DNA of 56,840 nt from positions 1-56,840 of the forward strand of contig NW_021834946.1 of the NCBI RefSeq assembly GCF_006345805.1, read 5' to 3'. A program made the translations under genes and the position numbers. This DNA is from Octopus sinensis. Taxonomy: Eukaryota. Shown here piece by piece: positions 25,237 to 38,848 of this stretch. The notes beneath the pieces were generated by a model. The model saw only the letters and a program-made list of their open reading frames with translations, was not told the DNA's origin and made no database searches. How positions within the stretch are numbered: the stretch's first letter is position 1; every line of letters starts with the position of its first letter.

Positions 25237-25634
25237 TCTTTATATATAAAAGTGAAGTTGTGTGTCTGTCTCCTACGATTTAGATTCCTAACTACTCCCA
25301 CATTCTGCGGCGCAGTGTAACCAAAAGTGGGTGTCTTATAGTCGTGATTCATATCGAGCCCTTCTGGGTATTAGCGCGCGTCTACGATGAGTCTACGATT
25401 TAAAAAAAAATTATCATCATTTTTTCCCATTTTTAATGCATTTTTTTGCTATTATATAAGGGAGGTAACTCTCTAAAAATGTCTACGATGAGTCAACGAT
25501 TTAAAAAAAAAATTACCATCATTTTTTTTTCCATTTTTAATGCATTTTTTGCTATTTTTTGGCTATAACTCTCTAAAAATGCTTATATAGTTATTTCCCT
25601 TACAAACCCGAGCAACGCCAGGCGATACTGCTAG
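25237..25634 (+). mobile_element. Non-autonomous Helitron-type element, subfamily 1
   Basis: A|TCTTTATATATAAAA...cccgagcaacgccaggcgatactgCTAG|T; internal ~90-bp tandem duplication. Confidence 0.85.
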
Positions 25635-25788
25635 TATTTTATAAGAATTAATTGGAAATGTATTCATTTGAATTATATTCTCGTGTGGGTTAGAAAAGAA
25701 AGCCAACGTTTGTTCTTCATCAGAAAGAAAGGGCAAAGTGGATTTAATACCAAAGCCACAAATTTGTTATTTTGTAACGTACTAAACA

Positions 25789-26942
25789 TTTTAAATTGTA
25801 TCTCCTTGAAGAACGAATTTTTTCCGAAACTTAAAATTGTTCATTGTTCATGCAAAACCTATTCCAAGTACCGTATTTACTGATGTATAGGTTCCTCTAT
25901 ATTATACTTATTTTAAATTTTAAATTGTATCTCCTTGAAGAAGGAATTTTTTCCGAAACGTAAAATTGTTCATAGTTCATGCAAAACCTATTCCAAGTAC
26001 CGTATTTACTGATGTATAAGTTCCTCTATATTATACTTATTTTAAATTTTAAATTGTATCTCCTTGAAGAAGGAATTTTTTCCGAAACGTAAAATTGTTC
26101 ATAGTTCATGCAAAACCATTTCCAAGTACCGTATTTACTGATGTATAAGTTCCTCTATATTATACTTATTTTAAATTTTAAATTGTATCTCCTTGAAGAA
26201 GGAATTTTTTCCGAAACGTAAAATTGTTCATAGTTCATGCAAAACCTATTCCAAGTACCATATTTACTGATGTATAAGTTCCTCTATATTATACTTATTT
26301 TAAATTTTAAATTGTATCTCCTTGAAGAAGGAATTTTTTCCGAAACGTAAAATTGTTCATAGTTCATGCAAAACCATTTCCAAGTACCGTATTTACTGAT
26401 GTATAAGTTCCTCTATATTATACTTATTTTAAATTTTAAATTGTATCTCCTTGAAGAAGGAATTTTTTCCGAAACGTAAATTGTTCATAGTTCATGCAAA
26501 ACCTATTCCAAGTACCGTATTTACTGATGTATAAGTTCCTCTATATTATACTTATTTTAATTTTAAATTGTATCTCCTTGAAGAAGAATTTTTTCCGAAA
26601 CGTAAAATTGTTCATAGTTCATGCAAAACCTATTCCAAGTACCATATTTACTGATGTATAAGTTCCTCTATATATACTTATTTTAAATTTTAATTGTATC
26701 TCTTGAAGAAGGAATTTTTTTCCGAAACGTAAAATTGTTCATAGTTCATGCAAAACCTATTCCAAGTACCATATTTACTGATGTATAAGTTCCTCTATAT
26801 ATACTTATTTTAAATTTTAAATTGTATCTCCTTGAAGAAGGAATTTTTTCCGAAACGTAAAATTGTTCATAGTTCATGCAAAACCATTTCCAAGTACCGT
26901 ATTTACTGATGTATAAGTTCGTCTATATTATACTTATTTTAA
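25789..26942. repeat. Tandem array, 9 x ~129 bp
   Basis: The unit start ttttaaattttaaattgtatctcc recurs at 25911, 26040, 26169, 26298...; units differ by a few substitutions or indels. Confidence 0.97.
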
Positions 26943-27471
26943 CGGGAAAACTGTGGTGTGGTTTATACATGGGAGAAAGCTATACAAAGAGAAGAATTTG
27001 TACAAAAGTTTAAAAGTAAATTAGTGGCTGCGGCTTATAAACTAGCAAATGCAGTAATTTACTTGTTTATTTTTATTATTCAACGAACATTTAGGGATAT
27101 ACTTTTGTCGGCACAGCTCATCGTCATTGTATTTAGTTCTGGTTATCATACCATTGAATACATTAACCATTGATTTCAGATGTTAAAACGGGAGAAAAAA
27201 AAAACGATCGTAATCACACTTTGAAGAAGATGTATCAAAGCGATGTGGTGAATATTCGGTGAAATTACAGGAAAACGATATGCTTAAGTTTCACAACTCA
27301 ATTATTTGCGTAATTATTGATCCAAAGTGTATCGTTGCTTTTCCTTACAGTAATTTTGATGTTGTCAGCATTGTTGCTGTTTAAGTCTCTGAGTTAGATT
27401 TTATTAATCCAACAGATCGCTGAACATCTTCTAAGCCACGACAAAGCTATATATTTTTCATCAGTAAAATA

Positions 27472-27845
27472 AGCACAGGAGTGACTGTGTGGTTCCGGGT
27501 TCAGCCCCACTACGTGTCATCTTAGGTAAGTGTCCTCTATAACCTTGGGCCGACCAAATTCTTGTGAGTGGAATTGGTAGACGGAAACTGAAAGAAGCCC
27601 GTCGTATATATATATATATTATATATATATATATATTATATATATATGTATATATGTGTGTGTGTGTGTTTATGCAATATGTATATATATATATTATATA
27701 TATATATATAATATATATATATATAATATATATATATATATGTGTATGTATGTCAGTGTTTGCCCCCCGAACATCGCTTGACAATAGATATTGGTGTGTT
27801 TACGTCCCCGTAATTTAGCGGTTCGGCAAAAGAAACCGACAGAAG
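27472..27845 (+). mobile_element. SINE family A with expanded internal (TA)n, 3' truncated
   Basis: ggagtgactgtgtgg|ttccgggttcagcc..gtagacggaaactgaaagaagcccgtcg..gcggttcggcaaaa. Confidence 0.85.
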
Positions 27846-27961
27846 AAACATTCCGGACAAACCCAATATTTCCATAAAACATCGAAGAATTTGTAAGGAT
27901 TAATAGGATATAGGTCAGATGTCTGCTCCATTCCAAACTTAATCAAAATTAGTTATTGATC

Positions 27962-28190
27962 TCAAATTTCAGCACAAGGCCAGCAATTTCGGGGGAGGGG
28001 TAAAGTCGAATACATTGTCTCTCCTTCAATTCCTTCCCACCGGACTCCACTAGTACTTATTTTATAGATTCCGTCGGGATGAAAGACAAAGTCGTCGTCG
28101 GCAGAAGTTGAACTCAGAATGTGATGGTGGTCGAAAAGCTGCTAAACATTTCGCCCGTGGTTCTAACGATTCTGTCAGATCTCCACCTTT
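27962..28190 (-). mobile_element. Degenerate SINE family B, tail 2
   Basis: cagcacaaggccagcaatttcggggga..gatgaaagacaaagtcg..gaactcagaa..ctaacgattctgtcag. Confidence 0.7.
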
Positions 28191-28207
28191 TACCGAAAAT
28201 TAGTTAG

Positions 28208-28610
28208 TAGTGAGTGGCTGTGTGGTAAGTAGCTTGCTAACCAACCACATGGTTGCGGGTTCAGTCCCACTGCGTGGCATCTTGGGCAAGTGTCTTCTGC
28301 TATAGCCCCGGGCCGACCAATGCCTTCTGAGTGGATTTGGTAGACGGAAACTGAAAGAAGCCTGTCGTATATATGTATATATGTATATGTGTGTGTGTGT
28401 TTGTGTGTCTGTGTTTGTCCCCCTAGCATTGCTTGGCAACCGATGCTGGTGTGTTTACATCCCCGTCACTTAGCGGTTCGGCAAAAGAGACCGATAGAAT
28501 AAGTACTGGGCTTACAAAGAATAAGTCCCGGGGTCGATTTGCTCGACTAAAGGCGGTGCTCCAGCATGGCCGCAGTGAAATGACTGAAACAAGTATAAGA
28601 GAGAAAGAGA
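28208..28610 (+). mobile_element. SINE family A, near full length
   Basis: tRNA-like head (A box TGGCTGTGTGG, B box GGTTCAGTCCC), internal microsatellite, 3' ggcggtgctccagcatggccgcagt..tgactgaaacaagt. Confidence 0.92.
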
Positions 28611-28899
28611 GAGTCTTCGTGGAGAAACTGAGGCAATCTGTTAGAAATATGAGCTAAATATTCCTCAAATTATAATTCACTGCTACGAAGTGACATTGGT
28701 TTATGTAGTTGTAAGTCGGACGGAAGCACACAATAGATTAGTTCTTTCGGAGTTGCTCAGATCCGTTGATCCAAAGATTGTACAATCTGGATCGATCAAG
28801 ATTGAAGATAAGAGCCCACCGTCTGTTGCTGGAAATACAAGACAACCAACACAAACACCACCATCACTGACACAACAAAACATTCTTACCACATCCAAC

Positions 28900-29282
<383 letters not shown>

Positions 29283-29472
29283 CTGCTTCTACAGACATTG
29301 TTATAAGAACTTTTTGCAATAGGTTTGTACTATCGTCGTAAATCATCTTTGCTCTCTCATCGGAGTGTATGCGTGCGTGTGTGTGCGTATGTGTGTGCGT
29401 ATGTGTGTATGTGTGTGTGTGTGTGCATGTGTTTGTGCGTGTAACTGTATGTATATGTATATTGTGTATACT

Positions 29473-29506
<34 letters not shown>

Positions 29507-29772
29507 TATGTATACACTGAAACGTACGTACATGTACATACATGTACATACAAACATTCATACAGACTTAAGTACACATATCCCCGTGAATTGCTTAAGT
29601 ATTGAATATAAAAGGCATTAATCAAATCTATTGTCACATGATTATAATGTTTACCGCATGCATATGGCGGCACACGCTTACATTAACACACACACATACA
29701 TACATACGCACACTAATATATAAGTATATTCGTGTATATACCTACCTACATATATATATATACATAAATATA

Positions 29773-29831
<59 letters not shown>

Positions 29832-30114
29832 TATATATGTATATATGCATCCATCTTTGTATCTATGTAGTCATGTATATACGAATGTATGTATGAATAC
29901 ATAGATATACTTATCTAGATACATACACACCACACATACACACACACAGATACGCACATTTATAAACGCATATATATATATAATATATATACATGTATAC
30001 TTGTATACATGTATACACACGCACACATATATAAAGACATGTGTATATATATATATATATCATCTATATATATATACACATGCACACATATATAAAGGCA
30101 TATGTGTGTGTATA

Positions 30115-30154
<40 letters not shown>

Positions 30155-30249
30155 AACATACATATACGCGTAAATATATGAGGAATTTGAACTGGAAGCT
30201 AATATTATGGCATATTATATTGTATTATAATTTGATATAGTTGTTCATG

Positions 30250-30288
<39 letters not shown>

Positions 30289-31208
30289 TGTGTGTGTGTG
30301 TGTATGTAATAGATATAAACATGATCTTTCACCTTCAACGTTTTCCGAATTCGTAAGATTTTTGTTTGTATTTATGAAGTGAATACTGCATACATGATAG
30401 ATTAGGTTTAACGGTATATTAGAAAATTGTGCAATGAGAATGATTACAGTCACACGTATAGGCAATGTATATATATATGTGTATATACAGATGTAATATA
30501 AGGAAATACTTCGTCGTAGATGTTCTTACATTCGGCTGGATTATTACGCAAAAAGCCAATATTTTGAAGATTAAATTCTGTAAGATGATTTAATTTCATA
30601 AAACAAGCAAAAAATAGTGAAGTTAGAAAAATATATAACACGGAAACACTACAAACGCTGACAAATATTATAGCAACCGAGCAGTCATCATAATGTATCT
30701 TTGGTAAGAGAACATATGACCTGTCTTTTGATAGACGTATTTCTGAACACATGGTGCCGCAACAGTTTGTTTCTATATTATCAGCTTTGGGGAGAAAATT
30801 GTATAAAAGTAACACGAACCAATTTAAGAGAACTATGAATCGTAACAAAATTTTAACTTTCATTACAGTATGATTTTAGCCACGTACTTTTCTAACCATA
30901 ACCTGCTATTTTCAAGTAGAGATTTGTCCGCCACCTCTGTATGCCATCAGGATTTTAATAGGAATTCAGGAAATGTCAGTCATAGTTGGTTGGATATTAT
31001 TACTTCCAATCTCTCGCTTTAAAACCTTATATAAGCACGCAATTATACCTTCCCCCTTTATCCGTTTATAACGAGCTTTCAATTGCAGATGTATACACCA
31101 CTGGTCACTTATAAATTCTGTCTCTTTAAGACTGCCATTGTTTAACAAATATAAAATTTCACCAGTTATAATTCAAAGACGTTACTGCGAAGTTCATGAA
31201 ACAACTTA

Positions 31209-31259
<51 letters not shown>

Positions 31260-31273
31260 TCTCTCTCTCTCTT

Positions 31274-31304
<31 letters not shown>

Positions 31305-31892
31305 TTCTCTCTCTCTCTTTTTCTCTCTCTCTCTCTCTCTCTACAATTTGTCACGTAAAAAAATCAGGTGCAATCACTGAACACCAAGATAACCAGCCCA
31401 CGAAGCAATCAACATTTGTATCAATTAAAATTGCAATTTTGGAAGACAGAACGATCTATATTAGGGGATTTAGCTGTTATTTCTACAGATAGAGCCACTG
31501 TATAATCATGCCTTGTTGTTTCTGTTATTGTTATCGTTCTCTAACCCTGGGTCAAACGCCGATCGATTACAACTGCTACCGGATACATTCCAGTCGAGAC
31601 CAATCTAAATTTTTCTGTTTGGCAAGCACCCTGTGTTACACTATTCAAATCGTCGCCCACTAACACAGTCAGGTGGGGTTTGAAAGCGTTTCGTGGCTAT
31701 TTCTAGCAATTTAAGCCACCACATTAAGATATCTTCTTTTTCTTCTGTTGTTTCTTAGCACAAAAATAATGTCCATTTCTAACATTGTCTGATGAGTTTT
31801 GAGGGCGATTTCGTTGCTATTTCTAGCAAAGCAATCCATCAAATAAAAATAATCTTTCTTATATCACAATGATAATGTGTAGCTGAATTTGA

Positions 31893-32105
31893 AGGCGGAG
31901 GGGTGACAGAATCGCTAACACGCCTGGCAAAATGCTTAACAGAATTTCGGTCCTTTCTACGTTTTGAGTTCAAATTCCACCGTGGTCGACTTTGTCTCCC
32001 ATCCCTTCGAGATCGAAAAGTAAGTACATTTTCAGTACTGGACTCAATGTAATCGACTTGCCCTCTTTCCGAGAACTCCTGTTTTTTTTTGCCAAAATTT
32101 AAAAC
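31893..32105 (+). mobile_element. Degenerate SINE family B, tail 2
   Basis: aggcggagg.gtgacagaatcgctaacacgcctgg..gagttcaaattcc..ggtcgactttg. Confidence 0.7.
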
Positions 32106-32464
32106 CAATATGCATCTGTTGTTGAATTTCATTATTTCTAACACAATCTAGTATGATTTAAGAGGTTCTTTGTTGCTGTTTCTAACAAGTTAAGTCACCG
32201 CATACACGCACCGTCTGGTATATCACAACGGCAGACGTGACTGCATTCAAACTTACTCCTCTCTATCATTGCCTTCCGTGAAATAAGGACGAATTTGTTG
32301 TTTCAAGCGATATAAAACATCACATACATACACAGTCTCGTATAATACAATAGCAAGAAGTGCTGTATATATGGCCATAGGTTCACATTTTGGAAAGTAA
32401 CTATCGTAGAGTGTTTCAGAGCTACTCAATAACTGAAAACAAGTATTACGTATTATAACATTAT

Positions 32465-32779
32465 TGATCACTGTGATCACTGTGACTGACCAGGCTATCA
32501 GATGTTGCTACACATCGCTGGTCCCAATGCACTTCGCATTGTTTTAGCCTTCAAATGACGCCACCCCGCTGGCTAAGCAAGCAGGCCAACAAAAGAAAGA
32601 GTGAGAGAAAGTTGCGGTGAAAGAGTACAGCAGGGATCGCCACCACCCCCTGCCGGAGCATCGTGGAGCTTTAGGTGTTTTCGCTCAATAAACACTCACA
32701 ATGCCAGGTCTGGGAATCGAAACCGCGATCCTACAACCGGGAGTCCGCTGCCCTAACCACTAGCCCATTGCGCCTCCAT
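32465..32779 (-). mobile_element. SINE family C with tail type Y
   Basis: Head and core 32591-32779 as in the other C copies; the tail reads ggcctgcttgcttagccagcggggtggcgtcatttgaaggc..gtcacagtgatcacagtgatc. Confidence 0.85.
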
Positions 32780-33121
32780 AACCCTATTAGTGAGGTAAAT
32801 AGAATAAAAGAGTTTTAATTAAGTTAACTTCATGAAAATTTCATACATTCAAGGTGTTTGTTCATAAATCTAAGCTTTATTTTATGACAAGATTAACAGT
32901 TTAACATATTTAATCCAATTATAGTAAATAATTAGTTTAATTTTGTTTAGAACGGAAATTATATATAATGAATCGAGACTTAATATATTAAAATGTAAGA
33001 CAAATATTAGAATGTTTAACTTTGATAACGTATAAGAAATTAAATATTTATTTCTAACCGAGAACGTATATCTATCGATATGTATGCACGCATGTGTGTA
33101 GGTATGCATATATATATATAC

Positions 33122-33203
<82 letters not shown>

Positions 33204-33303
33204 ATAAAAACGATAGGATAACAAAAGAAAGAAAGAAACCTCGATATTATGTAAATAGAGGAATTAACTGTAAACGTAATATGAGACAATTATTCGGTAG
33301 CCA

Positions 33304-33366
33304 AGATAAAACTCTGAGTTTCGGATGCCGAGGAGGAAGTCCACGCCACCATCTCTTCAGTTATCC
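33304..33366 (-). ncRNA. Near-canonical type I hammerhead ribozyme
   Basis: GGATAA-CTGAAGA-GATG..CATC c-GAAAC TCAGA GTT-TTATCT; one extra C at the base of stem II; GUU triplet; lies ~100 bp after a (TA)n array. Confidence 0.65.
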
Positions 33367-35008
33367 GGCCATTGGGAAAACGGTGTGAACAATGAACGTT
33401 GTACAAAGGGAAATGACTGTGTTAGTGACCGATATTAAATAAAAGAGCTATTCCAATGATCGCTAAGTAAGGTAAGGGGATAAAACGTTCATAGTATTCG
33501 CGTAAGCGCACCTGTTCATGCCTACACATGTGCGCCCGCACACCAACGTGCGTACGCATACATTCATCCACCCTCACTTGAAAACGTACACATCCTCACT
33601 CGCATCCTTATAACAATACAGAAAAAAGGCCTAAGGGAGTATACAAAGAGTAAACAACGTGTATATACCCACGTACTGCTTCTGAACCCGTACGTATTAT
33701 TTTAGACAGGTGCAGTTTCAAACACTTTAAGACCTGAAGAAGTGAGTGTGCTTGCTATAATACATTTCGAATGCGTTCTTTCTGACTTCTGTATAGATCT
33801 TTAGTTAAAATCTGCGGCTGCTATTTCTTTTATCTACGCAAGAGTCATTATCTTCAAGTTGACAAAGCGTCAGGGTACGCCATTTGCATTTTGACATTTG
33901 ATATAAATAAGATAGATATACTTCTGCTTTTACTTATTGGTGACATTTTTCAGCTGTGATAATTACAGGCAACAGAAGAGATCTTTCATATTATTCTTAT
34001 TAAAAAGATTATGGCATTTGCGAGTCGAAGCAATGTTTTCTTAAGAAAGAAAAAAGATTTCTCGCTGCATATAATCTTAGGCTCAAGATACATCGACGGG
34101 TTACACTATGTGGCGTGTATCTACCTACTTATAGGTATTGTGTGTTATTCGTTTATATATTCTAATTTTGCTCGAAACCACTTGATATTAACATATTATT
34201 ATAACTGCATTCGGTTCAACAAATATGATTTTCCCGACGCATATTTGAAATATCAATATTACATACAAGTGTTTTTAAGATTACGGGAGGCGTAGTATAT
34301 ATACATACATACATATATATATTATAGAGGGAGAGAGAGAGAGAGAGGATATGCGTGTATGTATCTATGTATTTATATATATTCAGTTAGTAAGTAGAGA
34401 GAAATGATTATTTATAATTGAGTACAATGTCAAAGAAATTGATAATTCTTACGCTACAACGGATTGGTATTGCATTCACTTGTTTTAGTAGTTTCAATGA
34501 CAGAACTTATATCATGGGGCACTCTTCTCTCCCCCTTTCTCTCCTTACACATACACACACACATATGTATATACAAGAGTTAAGGAATGAAGTAGATAAG
34601 ATTCAGGCTACATTGCGAGTGGAACTTCGCAAGTGGTACATATCCAGGTGAAATACCAAAGCTATGTTGATCAAATGAAGCTTACATTGTCGCCAAGGAT
34701 GTACATACTGACACACGGAAGATTCCATCAGAGGTTCCACTCGGTATGAAAAAGATATAGCCGTGAACTTCTTCCCTTCATTCCTTAACTACTGTATTCT
34801 TATTCGCATACACGGCAACCATGGCAGACTTACGTGAAATATTAGAAAAGCAATAAAATGTCAGCTTATCGTACTCTGATACAAAAAAATCCACAACTTT
34901 CCATCTCAAGAAACCACTATTGTTCCTGAAATTAGCTTTTTTATATATTTACTACAGATTGCTTGAACCTAACTTTCTTCCTACACCTCGATACTTGGAT
35001 CATGCATT

Positions 35009-35112
<104 letters not shown>

Positions 35113-35358
35113 CGTATACGTGTATTTACACATGAATGCATGCATAAAGGTACACACACGCATTAAATACACATATATGCATGTATATGTGTGTGTGAGA
35201 CTATATATACATACTATATATATTATATATATATAAATATATATGTATATATATAAATACATATGTATATATATATATATATGTGCGTGTGTGTGTGTTT
35301 GTATATATATATATATAAATACATACATATATATATATATATGGACGTTTGCGTTTAT

Positions 35359-35394
<36 letters not shown>

Positions 35395-35862
35395 GTATAT
35401 CTACGTGTTCTATATGTATGCCTTATCTATAGATTTATACTGATTTTTGAATGAACTAGGCTCTAAAATACTAAAAAAGCAGAAAGGAAAAAATTTTCAA
35501 AATTGTATGTAGAAAATTACTAAAAGAATTTTCTATGCGAAAATATGTCATGATATAGCAAATGTTAGAGTAAGCTTTAGAAAAGGATATAAAAAATTTA
35601 ACTAGATTCTAATTTAACGACAATGGACGTCATGTTCACGTGACTTCACTGTGAAATGGTAGCATGACTTCGTAAGATTCCACGATGTTTCATGGTTAAG
35701 AAAAAGATATTAGACACTCGTAATTGATGCGGAATTCCTAAGATTTTGAAAAGAAGCAGGAAAAGTGAAGCGAATATAATTTCTTATCTCCCAAAAGACA
35801 GCATATATATACTATACTTACACGAAAATGTGTCCGAAGTATTGTGGATGATTGCTGGTGTG

Positions 35863-35903
<41 letters not shown>

Positions 35904-36544
35904 TATAATTTGTATATATATAATATATACTATATATATCATATAAAATGGCGGTTGCCCGCACTGGCCCAAAGCTCAGAGCTTAAACTGTGAAAAACAA
36001 AAACAAACAAAAACAAATATATATATATATACTATACATTTGGGATTTTTTAATATTATACTTATAGTGTTGAAACAATAGGTAATTTCGTGGAAAATTA
36101 AGCCGATGAATCTTCAAAATGTTATTATCTAGAAATAATAATTCTGTGAAGAAATTACAGACACTCAATTATTTGGAAGCGTTCAATGCAAGCTATTTTT
36201 ATTAAAATTAATTGGCAGAAAATCAACGCTCATCTTATTAACACAAGATAAAGATTAAGGTTATTGTCTTATGGCGGTTCAAGAAACGACCGGTAATTTA
36301 CTGGAAGTAATTAGGCAACGAAGAAAATTACTGATATTGCATTTTAAAATTATTTAGGCAAATTTTGTCCGAAAAATTTCTGCGAAGATTACCTGCCCAG
36401 GTAATTGTACAAGGAACGCTTTTCCAAATTTCGCAGTTACGTTGAATAACTCGAATAAATGTATGTACAGTTGGTCATAAATACCTTTGGAATTGGAAAG
36501 TTGCAGAAAATAATGGAAAAGAAGGATAGTTCATACATTTGTAT

Positions 36545-36690
36545 ATTTAAGATATGAGGAATTATGTACATTATTTACATTTGACGGATATTTGCACTCA
36601 TCTTGTTTGTTGCTAACTCAACGTTTCGTCTGATATACCCTCCAGCCTCCATCAGGTGCCTTGGGGGAAATTTCGAACATGGGTTCTCAT
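36545..36690 (-). repeat. Second copy of the HHR-bearing repeat at 10196
   Basis: Minus strand gcac-CTGATGG-aGGCTG gagggtatat CAGAC-GAAAC GTT-gagt (HHR 36616-36659, core A9 mutated to G). Confidence 0.75.
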
Positions 36691-36934
36691 AAATTTTTCG
36701 CTAGGTTTCTTTCGAGTGCATTAAACATATATCACCTCCAAAGATTTGGCTGCTGTTTCTAGCACGCCCTTCTGCCACGCAATATCTATTTTCGATAAAG
36801 GACCCGAAATACTTATTTCGTGGTAGCAGGTTTTGCATGAAACAACAGCCGAATCTTTCAGTTTCTGGGGGAAAATATCACAATACAAAACTCCGTTCCT
36901 GGGAAACTAAGACTTCTCGGACCAATATTTATAG

Positions 36935-36996
<62 letters not shown>

Positions 36997-37644
36997 TATA
37001 TATATGTATATGATCCAAACAAGTGATATATTTTCCAACGTAGTATTGTCATCAGAACAGCAGCAATAAAGAGTAGAAGCCGGAAAAAGTTGTGAACAAA
37101 TAGCCAGGGGCAGGGGCGAACTCCATCCCCAAACACCGGCTGAGAGATTTCCCATGAAGCTAATCTGCCCCTTGAAATCTGAAATCGGTTGATATGTTGT
37201 TTCAGTTGGTCTAATGACAACGTTGCGCTAGAAAAGTATCTCCTTGTTTGTAACGTGCTATACACATTCGACGCTTCTAATAGAGACAATGTTTGTTCAT
37301 ACAATGTTTATTTAATTCTGTGATTTTTGGAATAAAATTATGATAATATATTTATATTATTTCTATATGATTTATTATAAATAATATCTTTCACTAGTAA
37401 TTGAATTACGTAATAGAAGTTTTGTCTCTTAATTCTATACATACATACATACATACACACACACATACATACATATACATATTATATATAGTATATATAT
37501 ATATATATATGCATGTATGTACATTCAAACATATAAGGCATGGCCATAATAGGACATCCGACTCACTAAAAAGAGCAGCTACACTCCAAACCACTAATAG
37601 TTGTAATTCTGAAATGGAAAGAGAAATAAAAACGTTTACCCTCT

Positions 37645-37729
37645 CCTTTCTGGACTATGCATAGTTTCGGCAATCTTTTGTAAATAAATTTATTTATTTA
37701 CCACTGGCTTTGCCTCGTCAGCAGAAAAG
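37645..37729 (-). ncRNA. Canonical type I hammerhead ribozyme
   Basis: Minus strand CTTTTCTG-CTGACGA-GGCAA[loop with hairpin gtaaataaat/atttatttac]TTGCC-GAAAC TATGCATA GTC-CAGAAAGG; 8-bp stem I, G-C closed stem II, palindromic stem III ACTATGCATAGT, GUC triplet. Confidence 0.9.
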
Positions 37730-37786
37730 CCAAGGACTAACATATATCCACGTATGTATATCCATATATCCATATAACATATATCC

Positions 37787-37819
<33 letters not shown>

Positions 37820-37974
37820 TGTATGTATATATATGTATATATATATATATATATATATACATACATACGTATACATATGTGTAAATATATATATATACAT
37901 ATATATGCATATATTTGCACACATATATACATACATATATATATTATATTATATCTATACATATATATACACAC

Positions 37975-38007
<33 letters not shown>

Positions 38008-38039
38008 TGTATGTATGTATGCATGCATGTATGTACATA

Positions 38040-38405
38040 CGACAGGCATTCAGCTTCTGTCTACAAAATTCACTGAGAAAAGACAGGTAGGCCGGAAGCC
38101 ATAGCGAAGACACTCACCGTAGGTTCCACGTAGTTGGACTGTACCTGGAACCATGTTGCTTTGAAGCAACCACCGTACCACGCAGAGTATAATGTAATAT
38201 AATATAAAATATTATAATACATACATTTCAAATTTTGGCAGACGAGCAAAAAATTTTGAGAGGAAAAAGAAGTCCTATTACATGTTCACCACTGCTTGAC
38301 TGGTATTTTTTTTATCGACCCGAAAACTGTAAGAGGCAAAGTCAACCTGGGTAAAATTTTCAATCAACATTTTGTCCGGTCGCTAACGATCCTACCAGCT
38401 AGTCT
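38040..38405 (-). mobile_element. Degenerate SINE A (38040-38185) and SINE B (38232-38405) fragments
   Basis: Partial matches to the family cores. Confidence 0.6.
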
Positions 38406-38453
38406 CCTTTAATAATCCTATAATATAATATAACATAATATTATATAATAATA

Positions 38454-38848
38454 TCTTTATATATAAAAGAGAGGTTGTGTGCTGTCTGTCTCCTACGATT
38501 TAGATTCCTAACTACTCCCACATTTTACGGTGCAGTTTAACCAAAACCGGGTATCTTATAGTCGTGATTCATATCGAGCCCTTCTGGGTATTAGCGTGCA
38601 TCTACGATGAGTCTACGATTAAAAAAAAAATTACCATCAATTTTTCCCATTTTTAAAGCATTTTTGGCATATATAAGGGAAATAACTCTCTAAAAATTTA
38701 TTATTAAATCTCAGAACGTAAAACCTACAGTAACACCACCTCCTTTGTGGTTAGCCATATTGAGATGGCTATTATAATTTACATCTCTAAAAATGCTTAT
38801 ATAGTTATTTCCCTTACAAACCCGAGCAACGCCGGGCGATACTGCTAG
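38454..38848 (+). mobile_element. Non-autonomous Helitron-type element, subfamily 1, with an ~86-bp foreign insert
   Basis: A|TCTTTATATATAAAA...cccgagcaacgccgggcgatactgCTAG|T; 38698-38783 is absent from the other two copies. Confidence 0.85.

Noticed and set aside
25789-26942. Tandem array as a CRISPR-like locus
   Set aside because: Units are near-identical throughout with no unique spacers, and the context is eukaryotic.
28765-28795. Short palindrome gatccaaagattgtacaatctggatc
   Set aside because: The 14-bp perfect core is isolated with no family or flanking signature; too little to interpret.
30450-30863. 137-aa minus-strand ORF with a hydrophobic, signal-peptide-like start (MKVKILLRFIVLLNWFVLLL)
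   Set aside because: Composition is as expected from the antisense of A-rich DNA, it ends in a microsatellite, and it has no recognisable motif. The plus-strand FDRRISEH resembles GIY-YIG text but is too short to call.
35625-35643. Adjacent GACGTCA and CACGTGAC motifs
   Set aside because: Only two short motifs with no supporting context; expected by chance in 57 kb.
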